NCBI GenBank assembly: GCA_963666055.2
Contig: CAXWPH010000012.1
Span: forward strand, 128,001 to 192,000
Length of the DNA: 64,000 bases
Direction: 5' to 3'
DNA from: Acidobacteriota bacterium
Lineage (GTDB): Bacteria; Acidobacteriota; UBA890; WLXD01
Positions within the stretch are counted from its first letter, which is position 1; each line of letters begins with the position of its first letter. Under the pieces are notes generated by a model. The model had not been told where the DNA came from and searched no databases. It saw nothing but the letters and a program-made list of their open reading frames with translations. Of the stretch, positions 9,491 through 20,323 are shown one piece after another. The position numbers and the translations under genes are program-made.

Positions 9491-10126
9491 TTATACCAGT
9501 CGTGCGCCCAAGAACTGCCGCAGCTCCGACTCGTCCAGCGCCCCGTGGCGGACGATTCGAGCTGGTGCCTGGGTGATATCGAGCAAAGTAGAAGGCTTGC
9601 CTCCCGCGGTCCGTCCGGCGTCGACGATCCCGGCGAGCGCGGCGTGGTCAACCGCTAACGTCTCGAGGTCCTGAGCCGGCGCCTCGCCGGTTCGGTTCGC
9701 CGATGTACCGGTCACGCCACCCACCCGAGCGGCGATCCGCCGCGACGTCCGGTTACTGGGTACCCGCACGGCAACCGCCCTCGTTGAGCTGACGAGAGGC
9801 CCGGCCAAGTCATCTCGTGCTGGCAGAAGAAGCGTCAGTCGACCCGGCCAAAAACGCGTCGCAAGCTCTTCGAGCAATGGCGGCGAGGCCGGTGCTAGCT
9901 CCCTTGCGGCGGATGTGGTGGCCACCAGAACCAGCAAGGGCTTCTCCAGGCCCCTTCCCTTGAGCCGTTGCACTCGGTTGAGCGCCTCGCCACAACGCAC
10001 GTCGGCTGCGAGCGCATAGAAGCTGCCGGTGGGCACAACGATGATCCCACCTTCTTCGAGGGCGGCGGTGATGGCCCCAAGCTCCAGATCGAGGTCGGCA
10101 TCCGAATGAATCACCCAGCGCTGCAT
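9491..10126 (-). CDS. tsaC: L-threonylcarbamoyladenylate synthase (Sua5/YrdC)
   Basis: VPT...Y.L, KGR...KPL, FWPG.LT, TSANRTG, PSTLLD. Confidence 0.9.
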   Translation of the reverse strand: MQRWVIHSDADLDLELGAITAALEEGGIIVVPTGSFYALAADVRCGEALNRVQRLKGRGLEKPLLVLVATTSAARELAPASPPLLEELATRFWPGRLTLLLPARDDLAGPLVSSTRAVAVRVPSNRTSRRIAARVGGVTGTSANRTGEAPAQDLETLAVDHAALAGIVDAGRTAGGKPSTLLDITQAPARIVRHGALDESELRQFLGARLV

Positions 10127-10245
10127 CTGGCCTCCGGCCCAGGCGGGCCGTTTCAGGATAACCTGAGCTGCGCGACCTCTTGCCCATCATCGTTCCACGT
10201 TGCCATGATCAGCTTCTCTTAGATCGAGTCGCCGTTAATCTCGAT

Positions 10246-11625
10246 ATGCCAGACGCCGCATCCGGAGACCTGTTTGGCCCCCCTGACGGGCCGTCGATGA
10301 CTGCCGAGGTCGATCCGAGCTCGCCCCTCGCCGAGCGTATGCGTCCGCGCACTATCGAGGAGGTTCTCGGTCAGGAGCATCTGCTCGGTGAGGGCCGGCT
10401 TCTGAGCCAGCTAGTAGCGTCAGGGCATCCGACGTCGCTGATCCTGTGGGGCCCGGCGGGGGTGGGAAAGACGACCCTGGCACGCATCATCGGCGTCGCT
10501 ACCGGCAGCCGGCTGGTGGCGCTATCCGCAACCTCTTCGGGCGTCAAGCAGGTACGCGAGGCCGCCGACCAAGCATCTCGCCTCCGCCAGCATTCTGGCG
10601 GCCGCACGGTCATGTTCATCGACGAGATCCATCGTTTCCACAAGGGTCAGCAGGACGCTCTTCTGCCCTGGGTTGAGGACGGGTCGATCGTCCTTATCGG
10701 CGCCACGACGGAGAACCCGTCGTTCGAGGTTATTCCACCGTTGTTGTCGCGCTGTCGCGTCCTTCGCCTCGAGGCCCTGACTCCGGAGCACCTGGAGCTA
10801 CTGCTGCGGCGCGCCCTCGATACATCGCTGCCGCGCGGGTTGGCAGCCTCGGCGATCGAGTTTCCCGAACGGCTGCTGCGTCAGATCGCTGCTCTCGCGG
10901 ACGGCGACGCCCGTGCCGCGCTGTCAGCACTGGAGCTCGCCGTGAGCCTGGCTCGCCAACGGGGTGGGCGACCGCTTTCGGTGAGCGACGACGATGTCAA
11001 AGAGGCGCTCCAACGCCCCCACCTCCGCTACGATCGCGAGGAGCACTTCAACCAGATCTCGGCGCTACAGAAAAGCGTCCGCAACAGCAACCCCGATGCG
11101 GCGCTTTACTGGCTGGCGCGTATGCTCGAAGCGGGCGAGGCACCCTTGTACGTGGCGCGACGGCTGGTGCGCATGGCGAGCGAGGACATCGGCCTGGCCG
11201 ACCCCGGAGCGCTACCGCTCGCCGTTGCCGGCATGCAGACCATGCACGCTATCGGCATGCCCGAGGGTGCCCTGGCGCTGGCCGAGGTCGCCATCTACTT
11301 AGCCGCAGCTCCCAAGAGCAATAGCATCCTTACCGCCTACCGCGCTGCGGTCGATGAGACTCAGGCGAGCGGCAACCTCGCCGTACCGATGCAGCTACGC
11401 AACGCTCCGACCCGGCTGATGAAGGAGGAGGGCTACGGGGCGGGCTATGTCTATGCGCACGATCTCGATGACGGGGTCGCCGCGATGGACTGCCTCCCTG
11501 CGGAGATCAGTGATCGACGCTTCTACGTCGCCGGCGAGCGCGGTGCCGAGATCGGGATAGCCAAGCGACTTCGAGACTTCGCGAGAGGCCGCCGCCCACG
11601 CGGCGCACCCGATCTCGCCGACTAG
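10246..11625 (+). CDS. rarA: Replication-associated recombination AAA+ ATPase RarA/MgsA
   Basis: PLAERMRP, WGPAGVGKTT, DEIHRF.K.QQD, ATTENPSF, SEDIGLADP. Confidence 0.96.
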   Translation: MPDAASGDLFGPPDGPSMTAEVDPSSPLAERMRPRTIEEVLGQEHLLGEGRLLSQLVASGHPTSLILWGPAGVGKTTLARIIGVATGSRLVALSATSSGVKQVREAADQASRLRQHSGGRTVMFIDEIHRFHKGQQDALLPWVEDGSIVLIGATTENPSFEVIPPLLSRCRVLRLEALTPEHLELLLRRALDTSLPRGLAASAIEFPERLLRQIAALADGDARAALSALELAVSLARQRGGRPLSVSDDDVKEALQRPHLRYDREEHFNQISALQKSVRNSNPDAALYWLARMLEAGEAPLYVARRLVRMASEDIGLADPGALPLAVAGMQTMHAIGMPEGALALAEVAIYLAAAPKSNSILTAYRAAVDETQASGNLAVPMQLRNAPTRLMKEEGYGAGYVYAHDLDDGVAAMDCLPAEISDRRFYVAGERGAEIGIAKRLRDFARGRRPRGAPDLAD

Positions 11626-14117
11626 CCCATACCTGCCGGACGTCGTCGAGCTGCCTTCTTTTTGCGTCGAGGTGGTCGTTTGATCGCCGCTTTTCGCGGC
11701 GCCGGCGGCGGAGACGTCAGCGCGTGCTCCAGTGCCTCCTCGACCCGATCGATGAACAGGAACTCCAAGCCCCGCCGCGCCTTCTCCGGAATCTCTTCGA
11801 GATCCTTCTCGTTCTTGCGCGGCATGACGACTCGCTTGAGCCCGGCTCGGTGGGCGGCCAGGACTTTGTTCTTGATACCACCCACTGGGAGCGCCAACCC
11901 CCGCAAGGTCAGCTCGCCGGTGAGGCCCAGATCGCTGGCGACTCGCCGCCCGGTGAATAACGAGGCCAATGCTACGAGCATCGCAATCCCGGCAGACGGA
12001 CCATCTTTGGGAGTGGCGCCGGCCGGCACATGGAGGTGCACGTCGTGGTTCTTGAACGCGCTGTCCGCGATACCCAGATCGGCGGCGTGACCGCGCAGGT
12101 ACGACATCGCGGCCTGCGCAGATTCCTTCATCACATCACCGAGCTGACCGGTCAGGCGCAGCTCGCCCTTGCCCTTCATTCGCGTCGCCTCGATGAACAG
12201 GATGTCGCCGCCCGTGACCGTCCAAGCGAGGCCCACCGCGACTCCCGAAACAGCGGTTCGCTCCGCCAGGTCGGAGAAGAACTTTATCGGGCCCAGGAAG
12301 CGATGGAGGTGCGCCACGGTCACATCGAGTGCCTCCGCCGGGCTGGCGTCGGGGTCATCGATTTGCTCCGCCACCAGCCTGGCCTGGGCACGGCAAATCG
12401 CCGCGATCTCGCGCTCTAGCCCGCGCAATCCGGCCTCCTCCGTATAGTCGCGGACGATCGCACCGATGGCGTCGCTGGCAAAGCTGAGTTGCTCGGGAGT
12501 GAGCCCGTGATCGTCGAGTTGTCGTGGCACCAAATAGCGTTGTGCGATCTCGACTTTCTCCTCGGCGGTGTAGCCGGGCAGCTCGAGAACTTCCATGCGA
12601 TCGCGCAAGACGGCAGGGATACCCTCGGGCGTGTTCCCCGTAGCGATAAACAGCACGCGCGAGAGATCGAAGGCGACTTCGAGATAGTGGTCCGAGAACG
12701 TGTCGTTTTGTTCCGGATCAAGCACCTCGAGCAAGGCGGCAGAAGGGTCGCCCCTGAAGTCTTGGCCGATCTTGTCGATCTCGTCCAGCATGAACACCGG
12801 GTTCATCGATCCGGCCCGCTTGATGCATTGGATTATGCGGCCGGGCAGGGCACCCACATACGTACGACGATGACCCCGAATCTCCGCCTCGTCGTGCACT
12901 CCGCCTAGCGATAGGCGCACGAATTTCCGTCCGAGGGCGGCGGCGATGGAGCGACCCAAGGACGTCTTCCCTACCCCTGGAGGTCCAATGAAGCACAGGA
13001 TCGGGCCCCGTTTGTCGGGCTTGAGCTTGCGCACCGCCAGGTATTCGATGATCCGCTTCTTCACCTTCTCCAGGTCGTAGTGGTCCTTGTCGAGAAGCTC
13101 TGCCGCGATCTTGAGGTCGAGGTTGTCCTCGGTATAGACACCCCATGGCATGTCGAGGATCCACTCGATGTACGTGCGTAGCACGTGATGCTCCGCTGCC
13201 GCGGGCGACATCCGGGAAAGCCGATCGAGCTCCTGGGTTGTTGTCTTACGAACGTCGTCGGGCATCGCGGCCTCGCTGATTCGCCGCCCAAGCGCCTCGA
13301 TCTCAGCGTTGTCCTCTTCCTCGCCGAGCTCGCGCTTGATGGCCCGCAAGCGTTCGCGCAAGTACATTTCACGCTGCCCGCGGTCGATCTCCCCCTGGAC
13401 TTCAGACTCGATCTTCTGTGACAGCTCGAGCACCTGAACCTGCTGCGTGAGCAGCCCCAGGAGCACGGTGAGCCGCTCGCTTGGCGACAACGTCTCGAGC
13501 ACCCGCTGCTTGTCTTCGACCGCGGTGGCAATATGCGCCGCGATGATGTCGACCATAGCGCCGGGCCGCGTCGCCGCACGTGCCAGCCCTTCCAGCTCGG
13601 CGGGCAGATCGGCCGACAGCTCGATGAGCTGTCGCAACAGGCGCAATGCACTGACTCGCTTGGCCTCGATCTCGACGTTGGCCACCGCAGCCTGCTCGGG
13701 GATGTCCTTCCAGGTGGCGTGAATGTAGGGGTCGGTGGAGGTGACCGCGTCGAGACGCAGCCTTTGAATGCCTTGAACAATCACGTTGAGATTACCGTTA
13801 GGCAGACTCAGAACCTTCACCAGTCGCGCCAGCGTGGCGATCTCGTGCAGATCGTCGGCCTTAGGCTCTTCGATCTCGGCGTTGCGCAACGCTACGACAG
13901 CCACCAGCCGATCGGCATCCATCGTCTCGACTACCAGCTGCTGGGAGGCCTTCCGCCCCACCAGCACCGGCATGACCACCCCGGGAAACAGCACAGACCC
14001 GCGCAGCGGTAACACCGGTAGCGTCGCTGGGAACTCGAGCTCCCCTCCTGCCTCGCGGCCAAGCTCCTGCTGAATCTCGGCGTCGAGGTGAGCGTGGAAC
14101 GGATCGGATTCAGGCAT
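11622..14117 (-). CDS. lon: ATP-dependent protease La
   Basis: LON N-domain, GPPGVGKTS, GHRRTYVGA, PKDGPSAG catalytic Ser. Confidence 0.97.
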   Translation of the reverse strand: MPESDPFHAHLDAEIQQELGREAGGELEFPATLPVLPLRGSVLFPGVVMPVLVGRKASQQLVVETMDADRLVAVVALRNAEIEEPKADDLHEIATLARLVKVLSLPNGNLNVIVQGIQRLRLDAVTSTDPYIHATWKDIPEQAAVANVEIEAKRVSALRLLRQLIELSADLPAELEGLARAATRPGAMVDIIAAHIATAVEDKQRVLETLSPSERLTVLLGLLTQQVQVLELSQKIESEVQGEIDRGQREMYLRERLRAIKRELGEEEDNAEIEALGRRISEAAMPDDVRKTTTQELDRLSRMSPAAAEHHVLRTYIEWILDMPWGVYTEDNLDLKIAAELLDKDHYDLEKVKKRIIEYLAVRKLKPDKRGPILCFIGPPGVGKTSLGRSIAAALGRKFVRLSLGGVHDEAEIRGHRRTYVGALPGRIIQCIKRAGSMNPVFMLDEIDKIGQDFRGDPSAALLEVLDPEQNDTFSDHYLEVAFDLSRVLFIATGNTPEGIPAVLRDRMEVLELPGYTAEEKVEIAQRYLVPRQLDDHGLTPEQLSFASDAIGAIVRDYTEEAGLRGLEREIAAICRAQARLVAEQIDDPDASPAEALDVTVAHLHRFLGPIKFFSDLAERTAVSGVAVGLAWTVTGGDILFIEATRMKGKGELRLTGQLGDVMKESAQAAMSYLRGHAADLGIADSAFKNHDVHLHVPAGATPKDGPSAGIAMLVALASLFTGRRVASDLGLTGELTLRGLALPVGGIKNKVLAAHRAGLKRVVMPRKNEKDLEEIPEKARRGLEFLFIDRVEEALEHALTSPPPAPRKAAIKRPPRRKKKAARRRPAGMG

Positions 14118-14225
14118 GTGTGTTCGGTTGCTCTTTGAGTAAGTTGCAGCGCATTCGCCTTCGCGTATGGTACCGCGCCCCCATCGGCCGCATGACGCAG
14201 CCCAACAGGCGCCACGCTTCGGGGC

Positions 14226-15152
14226 TCACTCGTTCTCCTGGCGTGGATCGTACGGATGCTGATCGCGTATCTGTCGCAAGATCTCCACCATTGGATCGGC
14301 GAGCTGTTTCGGCAGCTCGATCGCCACCTTCGCCATCAAGTCCCCTGCGCCGCCCGCCTTGCGTGCGGCGCCCTTGCCGCGCAGGCGGAACACCTGCCCG
14401 TTCGACGTGCCGGCTGGCAAGCTGATCGTCGTCGTCCCGGAGAGCGTCGGCACCTGCACGCGGCCACCGAGCGCCGCCTCATAAATGGTGATCGGCACGT
14501 TGGTGTGCAGATCGTCGCCGACGAGCCGGAACCGCGGGTGCGCCGCAATATCGACCACGACATACAGGTCGCCGCGGGCGCCGCCATTGAGTCCCGCGGA
14601 ACCCTTCCCTCGAACCCGAACCTTGCTCCCTTGCCGCACCCCGGCGGGGATTCGCACGCGGGTACGCTGCACGTCGCCGTTCTCGCCGCGGTAACTGATC
14701 AGGCGCTCAGCTCCGTTTACCGCCTCCTCGAGCCCGAGCTCGACACGAATACGTATGTCGCGCCCTCGCGACGGCGGCTGACGAACATGCGGGCGGCCAC
14801 CGAACCGGCTACCAGCGCCGAACCCACCGAGGAGCTCCTCGATGTTGAACCCACCGACCGAGAAGCCGCCGCCGCCGCCGAACAAGTTGCCGAACTGCTC
14901 GGAGAACGCCGATCCGTCGAAGTCGCGAGCGAACGCCTCAGGGCCCACCTGATCGTATTTCTTGCGCCGCTCGAGATCGCCGAGCACGTGGTAGGCCTCG
15001 GAGATCTCCTTGAACCTCTCCTCGGCCTTAGCATCGCCGGAATTGACATCCGGGTGCCACTTCCGGGCGAGCTTACGGTAGGCGCGCTTGATCTCGTCCG
15101 CCGCGGCTGCCTTCGCGACGCCGAGAACGGCATAGTAGTCGTGGCGCGGCAT
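14226..15152 (-). CDS. Class B J-domain co-chaperone (DnaJ/CbpA type, no zinc finger)
   Basis: DYY.VLGV, HPD motif, G/F-rich region, DnaJ C-terminal domains. Confidence 0.93.
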   Translation of the reverse strand: MPRHDYYAVLGVAKAAAADEIKRAYRKLARKWHPDVNSGDAKAEERFKEISEAYHVLGDLERRKKYDQVGPEAFARDFDGSAFSEQFGNLFGGGGGFSVGGFNIEELLGGFGAGSRFGGRPHVRQPPSRGRDIRIRVELGLEEAVNGAERLISYRGENGDVQRTRVRIPAGVRQGSKVRVRGKGSAGLNGGARGDLYVVVDIAAHPRFRLVGDDLHTNVPITIYEAALGGRVQVPTLSGTTTISLPAGTSNGQVFRLRGKGAARKAGGAGDLMAKVAIELPKQLADPMVEILRQIRDQHPYDPRQENE

Positions 15153-15205
15153 CTAGCAGGCCGTGGTGGAAATGTGGGTCGTCAGGGCCGCCATTCTAGG
15201 GCTGT

Positions 15206-17824
15206 TCATGTCACCTCGGCCTCGGCAGTCACTCGAGTACCGCGGAACGTCAGCACGGAGCTAGTGGGATCCGTGTCCACGCGGATGTGGTCGCCGTCGA
15301 CGAACTCACCTGACAAGATCGCCCGCGCTAGAGGATTCTCGACCAGCTGGCGGATGAGGCGCTTGAGCGGGCGGGCGCCATAGACCGGGTCGTAGCCTTG
15401 CTCCGCCAGTAGCTGCTCAGCAGCCTCGCTGAACTCGATCTCGAGGTTACGATCGGCGACGCGTTCGGCCACTTGGCTTAGCTGGATGCGCACGATCTCT
15501 TGCAATTGTGCCACCGACAAGGACGAGAAGACGATCGTCTCGTCGATGCGGTTCACGAACTCCGGACGGAAGGTGCGGCGCACGGCGTCCAGCACTGCCG
15601 CTTCGATGCCCTCCGGCCCGATCTCGTCCAGCCGCTGCATATGCTCGCTGCCGAGGTTCGATGTCATGATCACGATGCTGTTGGAGAAGTCGACCGTGCG
15701 CCCCTTGCCGTCAGTAAGGCGCCCATCGTCGAGGATTTGCAGCAGGATGTTGAAGACATCGGGATGCGCCTTTTCGATCTCGTCGAGGAGGATGACCGAG
15801 TAAGGGCGCCGGCGCACAGCCTCGGTAAGGAAACCACCTTCTTCGTGGCCAACGTAACCGGGCGGTGCACCGATCATGCGCGCCACCGCGTGGCGCTCCA
15901 TATACTCCGTCATGTCGAGACGAATCATCGCCTCTTCGCTGTCGAACATGAACTCCGCCAGGGCCTTCGCCAACTCGGTTTTCCCTACGCCGGTCGGACC
16001 AAGGAACATGAACGAGCCGTAGGGACGGCCGGGCTCTTGCAGTCCGGCACGGGCCCTGCGGATGGCATCGGAGATGGCCCGCACCGCTGGCTCCTGGCCG
16101 ACGACGCGCTGGTGTAGCCGGGACTCCATTGCCAGCAGCTTGTCGATTTCCCCTTCGATGAGCTTGCTGACCGGAATGCCTGTCCACCGCGACACCACGG
16201 CGGCCACGTCTTCGGCGTCGACCTCCTCCTTGAGCATGGCGTTGCCGTCACCGTTAAGCTCCTCCAGGCGCTGGCGTGAGGTTTCGAGCTCTGCCTGGCG
16301 CTCACGGATAACGCCGTACCGTAGCTCCGCGGCGCGCGCCAGGTCACCGTCGCGCTCGGCGCGCTCGGCATCGATGCCCGCCTCCTCGATCTGGCGCTTG
16401 AGCTCCAGAATGCCACGCACGTGCCGAACTTCCTCCTCCCACCGCGCCTTCAGGCGCTCATGCTCTACGACCAGCGCGCTGAGGTCCTCCTCGAGCGTCT
16501 CCAGTCGATCCCTTGAGGCGCTGTCGTCTTCCTTGCGTAGCGCCTCGCGCTCGATCTCCATCTGGCGGCGGCGCCGTTCGATCTCGTCGAGAGGTGCCGG
16601 CTTGCTATCGATCTCGACTCGCAATCGCGCCCCCGCCTCATCCATCAGATCGATCGCTTTGTCAGGCAAGAACCGGTCGGTGATATAGCGGTGAGAGAGT
16701 GTCGCGGCTGCGATCAGCGCAGCGTCACGGATGCGTACCCCGTGGTGCACCTCGTAGCGTTCCTTGAGACCGCGCAGGATCGAGATGGTTTCCTCTACCG
16801 CCGGCTCTTGTACCCGCACCGGTTGGAAGCGGCGCTCGAGCGCTGGGTCTTTCTCGATGTACTTGCGAAACTCGTTCAGGGTGGTGGCACCGATCGCGTG
16901 CAGCTCGCCGCGCGCCAGCGCCGGCTTGAGCATGTTGGACGCGTCGACGGCGCCCTCGGCAGCACCGGCGCCGACAACAGTATGCAGCTCATCGATAAAC
17001 AGGATCACGTCGCCTGTCTCGGTGACCTCGCGCAAGAATGCCTTGAGCCGATCCTCGAACTCGCCCCGATATTTGGCCCCGGCCAGCATGGCGCCGAGGT
17101 CCAGGCTGATCACACGGCGGTTCTTCAGCGTCTCCGGCACATCACCGTTGATGACGCGCTGCGCCAACCCCTCGACAATGGCCGTCTTGCCCACACCCGG
17201 CTCACCGAGCAGCAGCGGGTTGTTCTTGGTCCGCCGCGACAGGACCTGTACAACCCTCCGGATCTCTTCGTCCCGGCCGATCACCGGGTCCAGCTTGCCG
17301 CGGCGGGCACGCTCGGTAAGGTCAACCCCGTACTGGTCGATGGCGTTGTACTTGTCCTCCGGGTTGGGATCGGTGACCCGCATGCCGCCACGCACCTTCT
17401 GCAACGCGGCGAAGAGGTCGTCGCGGCCTACGCGATGGCTGACGAGCAGCTCGGCTGCTCTGGCGCCCGATCCCAGCAACCCCAGCAGCAAGTGCTCGGT
17501 GGAGACGAATCGATCCTCCAGCTGATCGGCCTCGGTATGAGCCGTCTCGAAGGCCGACTTGGCGCTCGCCTCCAGATAGGGCTCGAGGTTTCCACCACTC
17601 ACCTTCGGACGTTGCTCGGCCTCCGCACGGAGGGCCTGGAGCAGGGCATCCGGATCGCTTCCGAGCCGCTGGAGAACGGTGCGCACGACGCCGTCGGCCG
17701 GCTCGAGCAACGCCATCAACAAGTGGACGCCCGCGAGGCCTTGGTGTCTAAGCGATTGCGCTAACGCCTGGGCGCGCTGGACCGCCTCCTGCGCCTTCAC
17801 GGTGAATCTGTCGAAGCGGATCAT
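15206..17824 (-). CDS. clpB: Disaggregase ClpB
   Basis: Two AAA+ modules ([16 protein letters not shown]) with a long middle coiled coil; ATG 17824 overlaps the upstream stop (ATGA). Confidence 0.97.
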   Translation of the reverse strand: MIRFDRFTVKAQEAVQRAQALAQSLRHQGLAGVHLLMALLEPADGVVRTVLQRLGSDPDALLQALRAEAEQRPKVSGGNLEPYLEASAKSAFETAHTEADQLEDRFVSTEHLLLGLLGSGARAAELLVSHRVGRDDLFAALQKVRGGMRVTDPNPEDKYNAIDQYGVDLTERARRGKLDPVIGRDEEIRRVVQVLSRRTKNNPLLLGEPGVGKTAIVEGLAQRVINGDVPETLKNRRVISLDLGAMLAGAKYRGEFEDRLKAFLREVTETGDVILFIDELHTVVGAGAAEGAVDASNMLKPALARGELHAIGATTLNEFRKYIEKDPALERRFQPVRVQEPAVEETISILRGLKERYEVHHGVRIRDAALIAAATLSHRYITDRFLPDKAIDLMDEAGARLRVEIDSKPAPLDEIERRRRQMEIEREALRKEDDSASRDRLETLEEDLSALVVEHERLKARWEEEVRHVRGILELKRQIEEAGIDAERAERDGDLARAAELRYGVIRERQAELETSRQRLEELNGDGNAMLKEEVDAEDVAAVVSRWTGIPVSKLIEGEIDKLLAMESRLHQRVVGQEPAVRAISDAIRRARAGLQEPGRPYGSFMFLGPTGVGKTELAKALAEFMFDSEEAMIRLDMTEYMERHAVARMIGAPPGYVGHEEGGFLTEAVRRRPYSVILLDEIEKAHPDVFNILLQILDDGRLTDGKGRTVDFSNSIVIMTSNLGSEHMQRLDEIGPEGIEAAVLDAVRRTFRPEFVNRIDETIVFSSLSVAQLQEIVRIQLSQVAERVADRNLEIEFSEAAEQLLAEQGYDPVYGARPLKRLIRQLVENPLARAILSGEFVDGDHIRVDTDPTSSVLTFRGTRVTAEAEVT

Positions 17825-18474
17825 CTGGCTGTCCCTCCCCATCCGGGCGAATGTCGTCCTTCGAGTGTCAATGAGAATGGGTGCTGGTTCAGATCACGAA
17901 TCACCGACGCCACGCGCCCCACCACCTCTACTTCGGCGCTGGCGTCGAATCGCCCCGCCAACGGCACCGCCGTTCGGTCATCCGCGGCCATCTTCATCAA
18001 CAGAACTCTGCGTGACTGCAGGCCGAGCAACAGATCTCCGCGGCGCGCCTCGGCATCGCAATCGACTACCAGGAGGTCACCCTGCAGGATCCCGTGGGCG
18101 CCCAGCGAGGTTGAGCGCACCTGCACAGCGATCGCGTTGGGCCCCACCAGCCTGCCATCGACGTATACCTCACGCGTCCGCGCCTTCGAGAGGCCGCGCG
18201 CCGAGGGCACCCCGGCAACCACCGGCACGCCAATCGACCGGCGTCCAGCCCGAGGGCGTGCCATGCGAGCCAACTCGATGCCACGTGAGGCGCCTGGACG
18301 GCGGCGAATAAAACCCTTGCGCTCGATCGCTTTGAGGTGATCGGAGATCCCCGCGGCAGAGCTGAGGCCGAACGCGTCGGCGATCTCCATAAGGGTTGGC
18401 GGGATGCCGTCGAGGCTGACCTGTCCGACGATAAAGTCGTAGATCGCTCTCTGGCGGCGGGTCAGGGTCGTCAT
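17821..18474 (-). CDS. LexA-family repressor with a degenerate S24 peptidase domain
   Basis: N-terminus [12 protein letters not shown]...[32 protein letters not shown]...ASRGI is a LexA DNA-binding domain. The C-domain aligns to LexA but lacks the Ala-Gly site and catalytic Lys. Confidence 0.85.
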   Translation of the reverse strand: MTTLTRRQRAIYDFIVGQVSLDGIPPTLMEIADAFGLSSAAGISDHLKAIERKGFIRRRPGASRGIELARMARPRAGRRSIGVPVVAGVPSARGLSKARTREVYVDGRLVGPNAIAVQVRSTSLGAHGILQGDLLVVDCDAEARRGDLLLGLQSRRVLLMKMAADDRTAVPLAGRFDASAEVEVVGRVASVIRDLNQHPFSLTLEGRHSPGWGGTAR

Positions 18475-18544
18475 CTCATCAGGCCTCGCGGTGCGCAACG
18501 GACTTGCCGACGGGCGTTTGTTTCCGTCAGTGAAATCGAGGCCG

Positions 18545-18582
18545 AGTATACCAAATAAATTTATGGTACACAATTTCTGGTA
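18545..18582 (-). promoter_or_regulatory. Sigma70-type promoter with overlapping operator upstream of lexA-like-clpB operon
   Basis: Minus strand TTGTGT-17 bp-TATACT with extended TG; inverted repeat TACCA-N10-TGGTA (18549-18568) plus an extra half-site at 18578-18582. Confidence 0.65.
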
Positions 18583-18611
18583 TCCGGTCGCCGCCTTCAA
18601 AGGATCTCCGC

Positions 18612-19268
18612 CTATGCGGAGTCCACCTGATCCCGCGGCCAAGGACACAGATCGGCCAGTGCACAGCCCGCACACGCCGGCGTGCGCGCCTTACATGTGT
18701 AGCGGCCATGCCAGACATAGAGACGCGAGATGTCCGCCCAGCGAACCTCCGGATATAGATCGCCGAGGCAGCGCTCGATCTTCACCGGATCCGCGTCGGT
18801 GGTCAGGCCGAGGCGCTGGCTGACGCGCCGACAGTGGGTGTCAACCGCTATGCCCGGCAAGCCGAAGGCTCCGGCGCGGACAACGTTTGCGGTCTTGCGC
18901 CCCACTCCAGGCAACGCGGTCAGCTCGTCCATGCCGCGCGGTACCTCACCGCCGTGGAGCTCAACCAGCATGGCGCAGCAACCTTGCACGCTCTTGGCTT
19001 TTTGGCGGAAGAAGCCCGTGCTGCGCAGCTCCTCCTCGAGCTTGTCACGGGGCGCCGCCGCCAACGCCTTGGCGTCGGGGTACTTGCGAAACAGCTCCGG
19101 CGTTACCTGGTTGACCCGTTTGTCAGTCGATTGTGCCGACAGGATCGTGGCGATGAGCAGCTGTAGCGGCCCATCAAAATCAAGCTCGATCCGGGCCTCT
19201 GGATAACGATGCGCGAGTCGATCGAGGATCTCCGCAGCGCGCACTTCAGTTTCTCGCTGCCCCATCAT
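18612..19268 (-). CDS. nth: Endonuclease III
   Basis: LSAQSTDKRVN, HhH LPGVGRKTANV, VDTH, FeS motif C-X6-C-X2-C-X5-C. Confidence 0.96.
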   Translation of the reverse strand: MMGQRETEVRAAEILDRLAHRYPEARIELDFDGPLQLLIATILSAQSTDKRVNQVTPELFRKYPDAKALAAAPRDKLEEELRSTGFFRQKAKSVQGCCAMLVELHGGEVPRGMDELTALPGVGRKTANVVRAGAFGLPGIAVDTHCRRVSQRLGLTTDADPVKIERCLGDLYPEVRWADISRLYVWHGRYTCKARTPACAGCALADLCPWPRDQVDSA

Positions 19269-20128
19269 CCGACCGCTCCGGCGGGTCCGTCTGGCGAGTT
19301 CCGATCCGCCATGGCGCCGTCGATGCCCCCGACCGACGACACCGATTCACCCTGGCTGGACTCCACAACCTTCACGGCGGTGGTCAGCAGCTGAGTGTGA
19401 CCCACCATTCGATGGCCTGGCCGTGTCTTGCCGGGACGGGCGAGGATCTCGCGCACCAGGATCTCGATGGTCTCGACCACGGCGAACCCGCAGCCAGGCA
19501 GGGCGCCGGCCAAACGTTCCGCTTGGTTGAACGTCGGCGTACCGGCGGCGAACCTACCGCTGCCGCGCAACGCTTCGGCGATGGCATCGAGCTCGGCCCA
19601 GGGCTCAGGAACGTCGGTAAATACGGCGTCGACTCCAGGTTCGAGCGGGTCGCCGACTTCGCGCAAGCGAAACTCCAGGCCTTCCTCGATTCCCGCCGCC
19701 GCCGTGTTGTCGCGCGCCAGCTCGAGGAACTCCGGGCGCCGATCATACGAGTAGACCTTTCCACCCGGCAACACCGCGCAGCTCAGGGCTATCGTCATGG
19801 CTCCCGACCCGGAACCGATCTCGACTACTCTTGCTCCGGATCGCAGGCCGAGGGCAGCGATCAAGAAACTTGCGTCCTTCGGGTACATGATGTTCGTGCG
19901 GCGGTGCACCTTCATCATGCGATCGATCCATCGGGGTCGCAGCAGGAAGATACGCGCCCCGGTATTCGTGATGAGCACCTCCCCCCAGGACCGTCCGATG
20001 GCGTCGTCGTGGTCCATCACGCCCTTGTGCGTCGAGTGCCTTTGGCCCGCCCGCAGGCGAATCAGGAACGTCTTCCCGTCCTCGAGAGTCACGAGCACCT
20101 GGTCGCCCGGACAGATCGTGTCACCCAC
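19265..20128 (-). CDS. trmI: tRNA (adenine-N1)-methyltransferase (TrmI/GCD14)
   Basis: R.TNIMYPKD, EIGSGSGA, D.PEPW, RP.HRMVGHT. Start uncertain. Confidence 0.9.
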   Translation of the reverse strand: MGDTICPGDQVLVTLEDGKTFLIRLRAGQRHSTHKGVMDHDDAIGRSWGEVLITNTGARIFLLRPRWIDRMMKVHRRTNIMYPKDASFLIAALGLRSGARVVEIGSGSGAMTIALSCAVLPGGKVYSYDRRPEFLELARDNTAAAGIEEGLEFRLREVGDPLEPGVDAVFTDVPEPWAELDAIAEALRGSGRFAAGTPTFNQAERLAGALPGCGFAVVETIEILVREILARPGKTRPGHRMVGHTQLLTTAVKVVESSQGESVSSVGGIDGAMADRNSPDGPAGAVG

Positions 20129-20323
20129 GGGTTGAGTCTCCTGATACGCGGCGCTTCGCCGCACGCGAGAGAAGCGGCCGCGGCGCGAGACGGGCGCTGT
20201 GCGCACACCGAGAAGGCGATGGGGCGGCTACTGTAGCACGCTGTCTCGGCGGCCAGAGGGCGCCGGAGACGGTGCTGCGGGTGGTATGCTCGACGGCGCT
20301 TACCACCCTATTCGGAGATCGGA

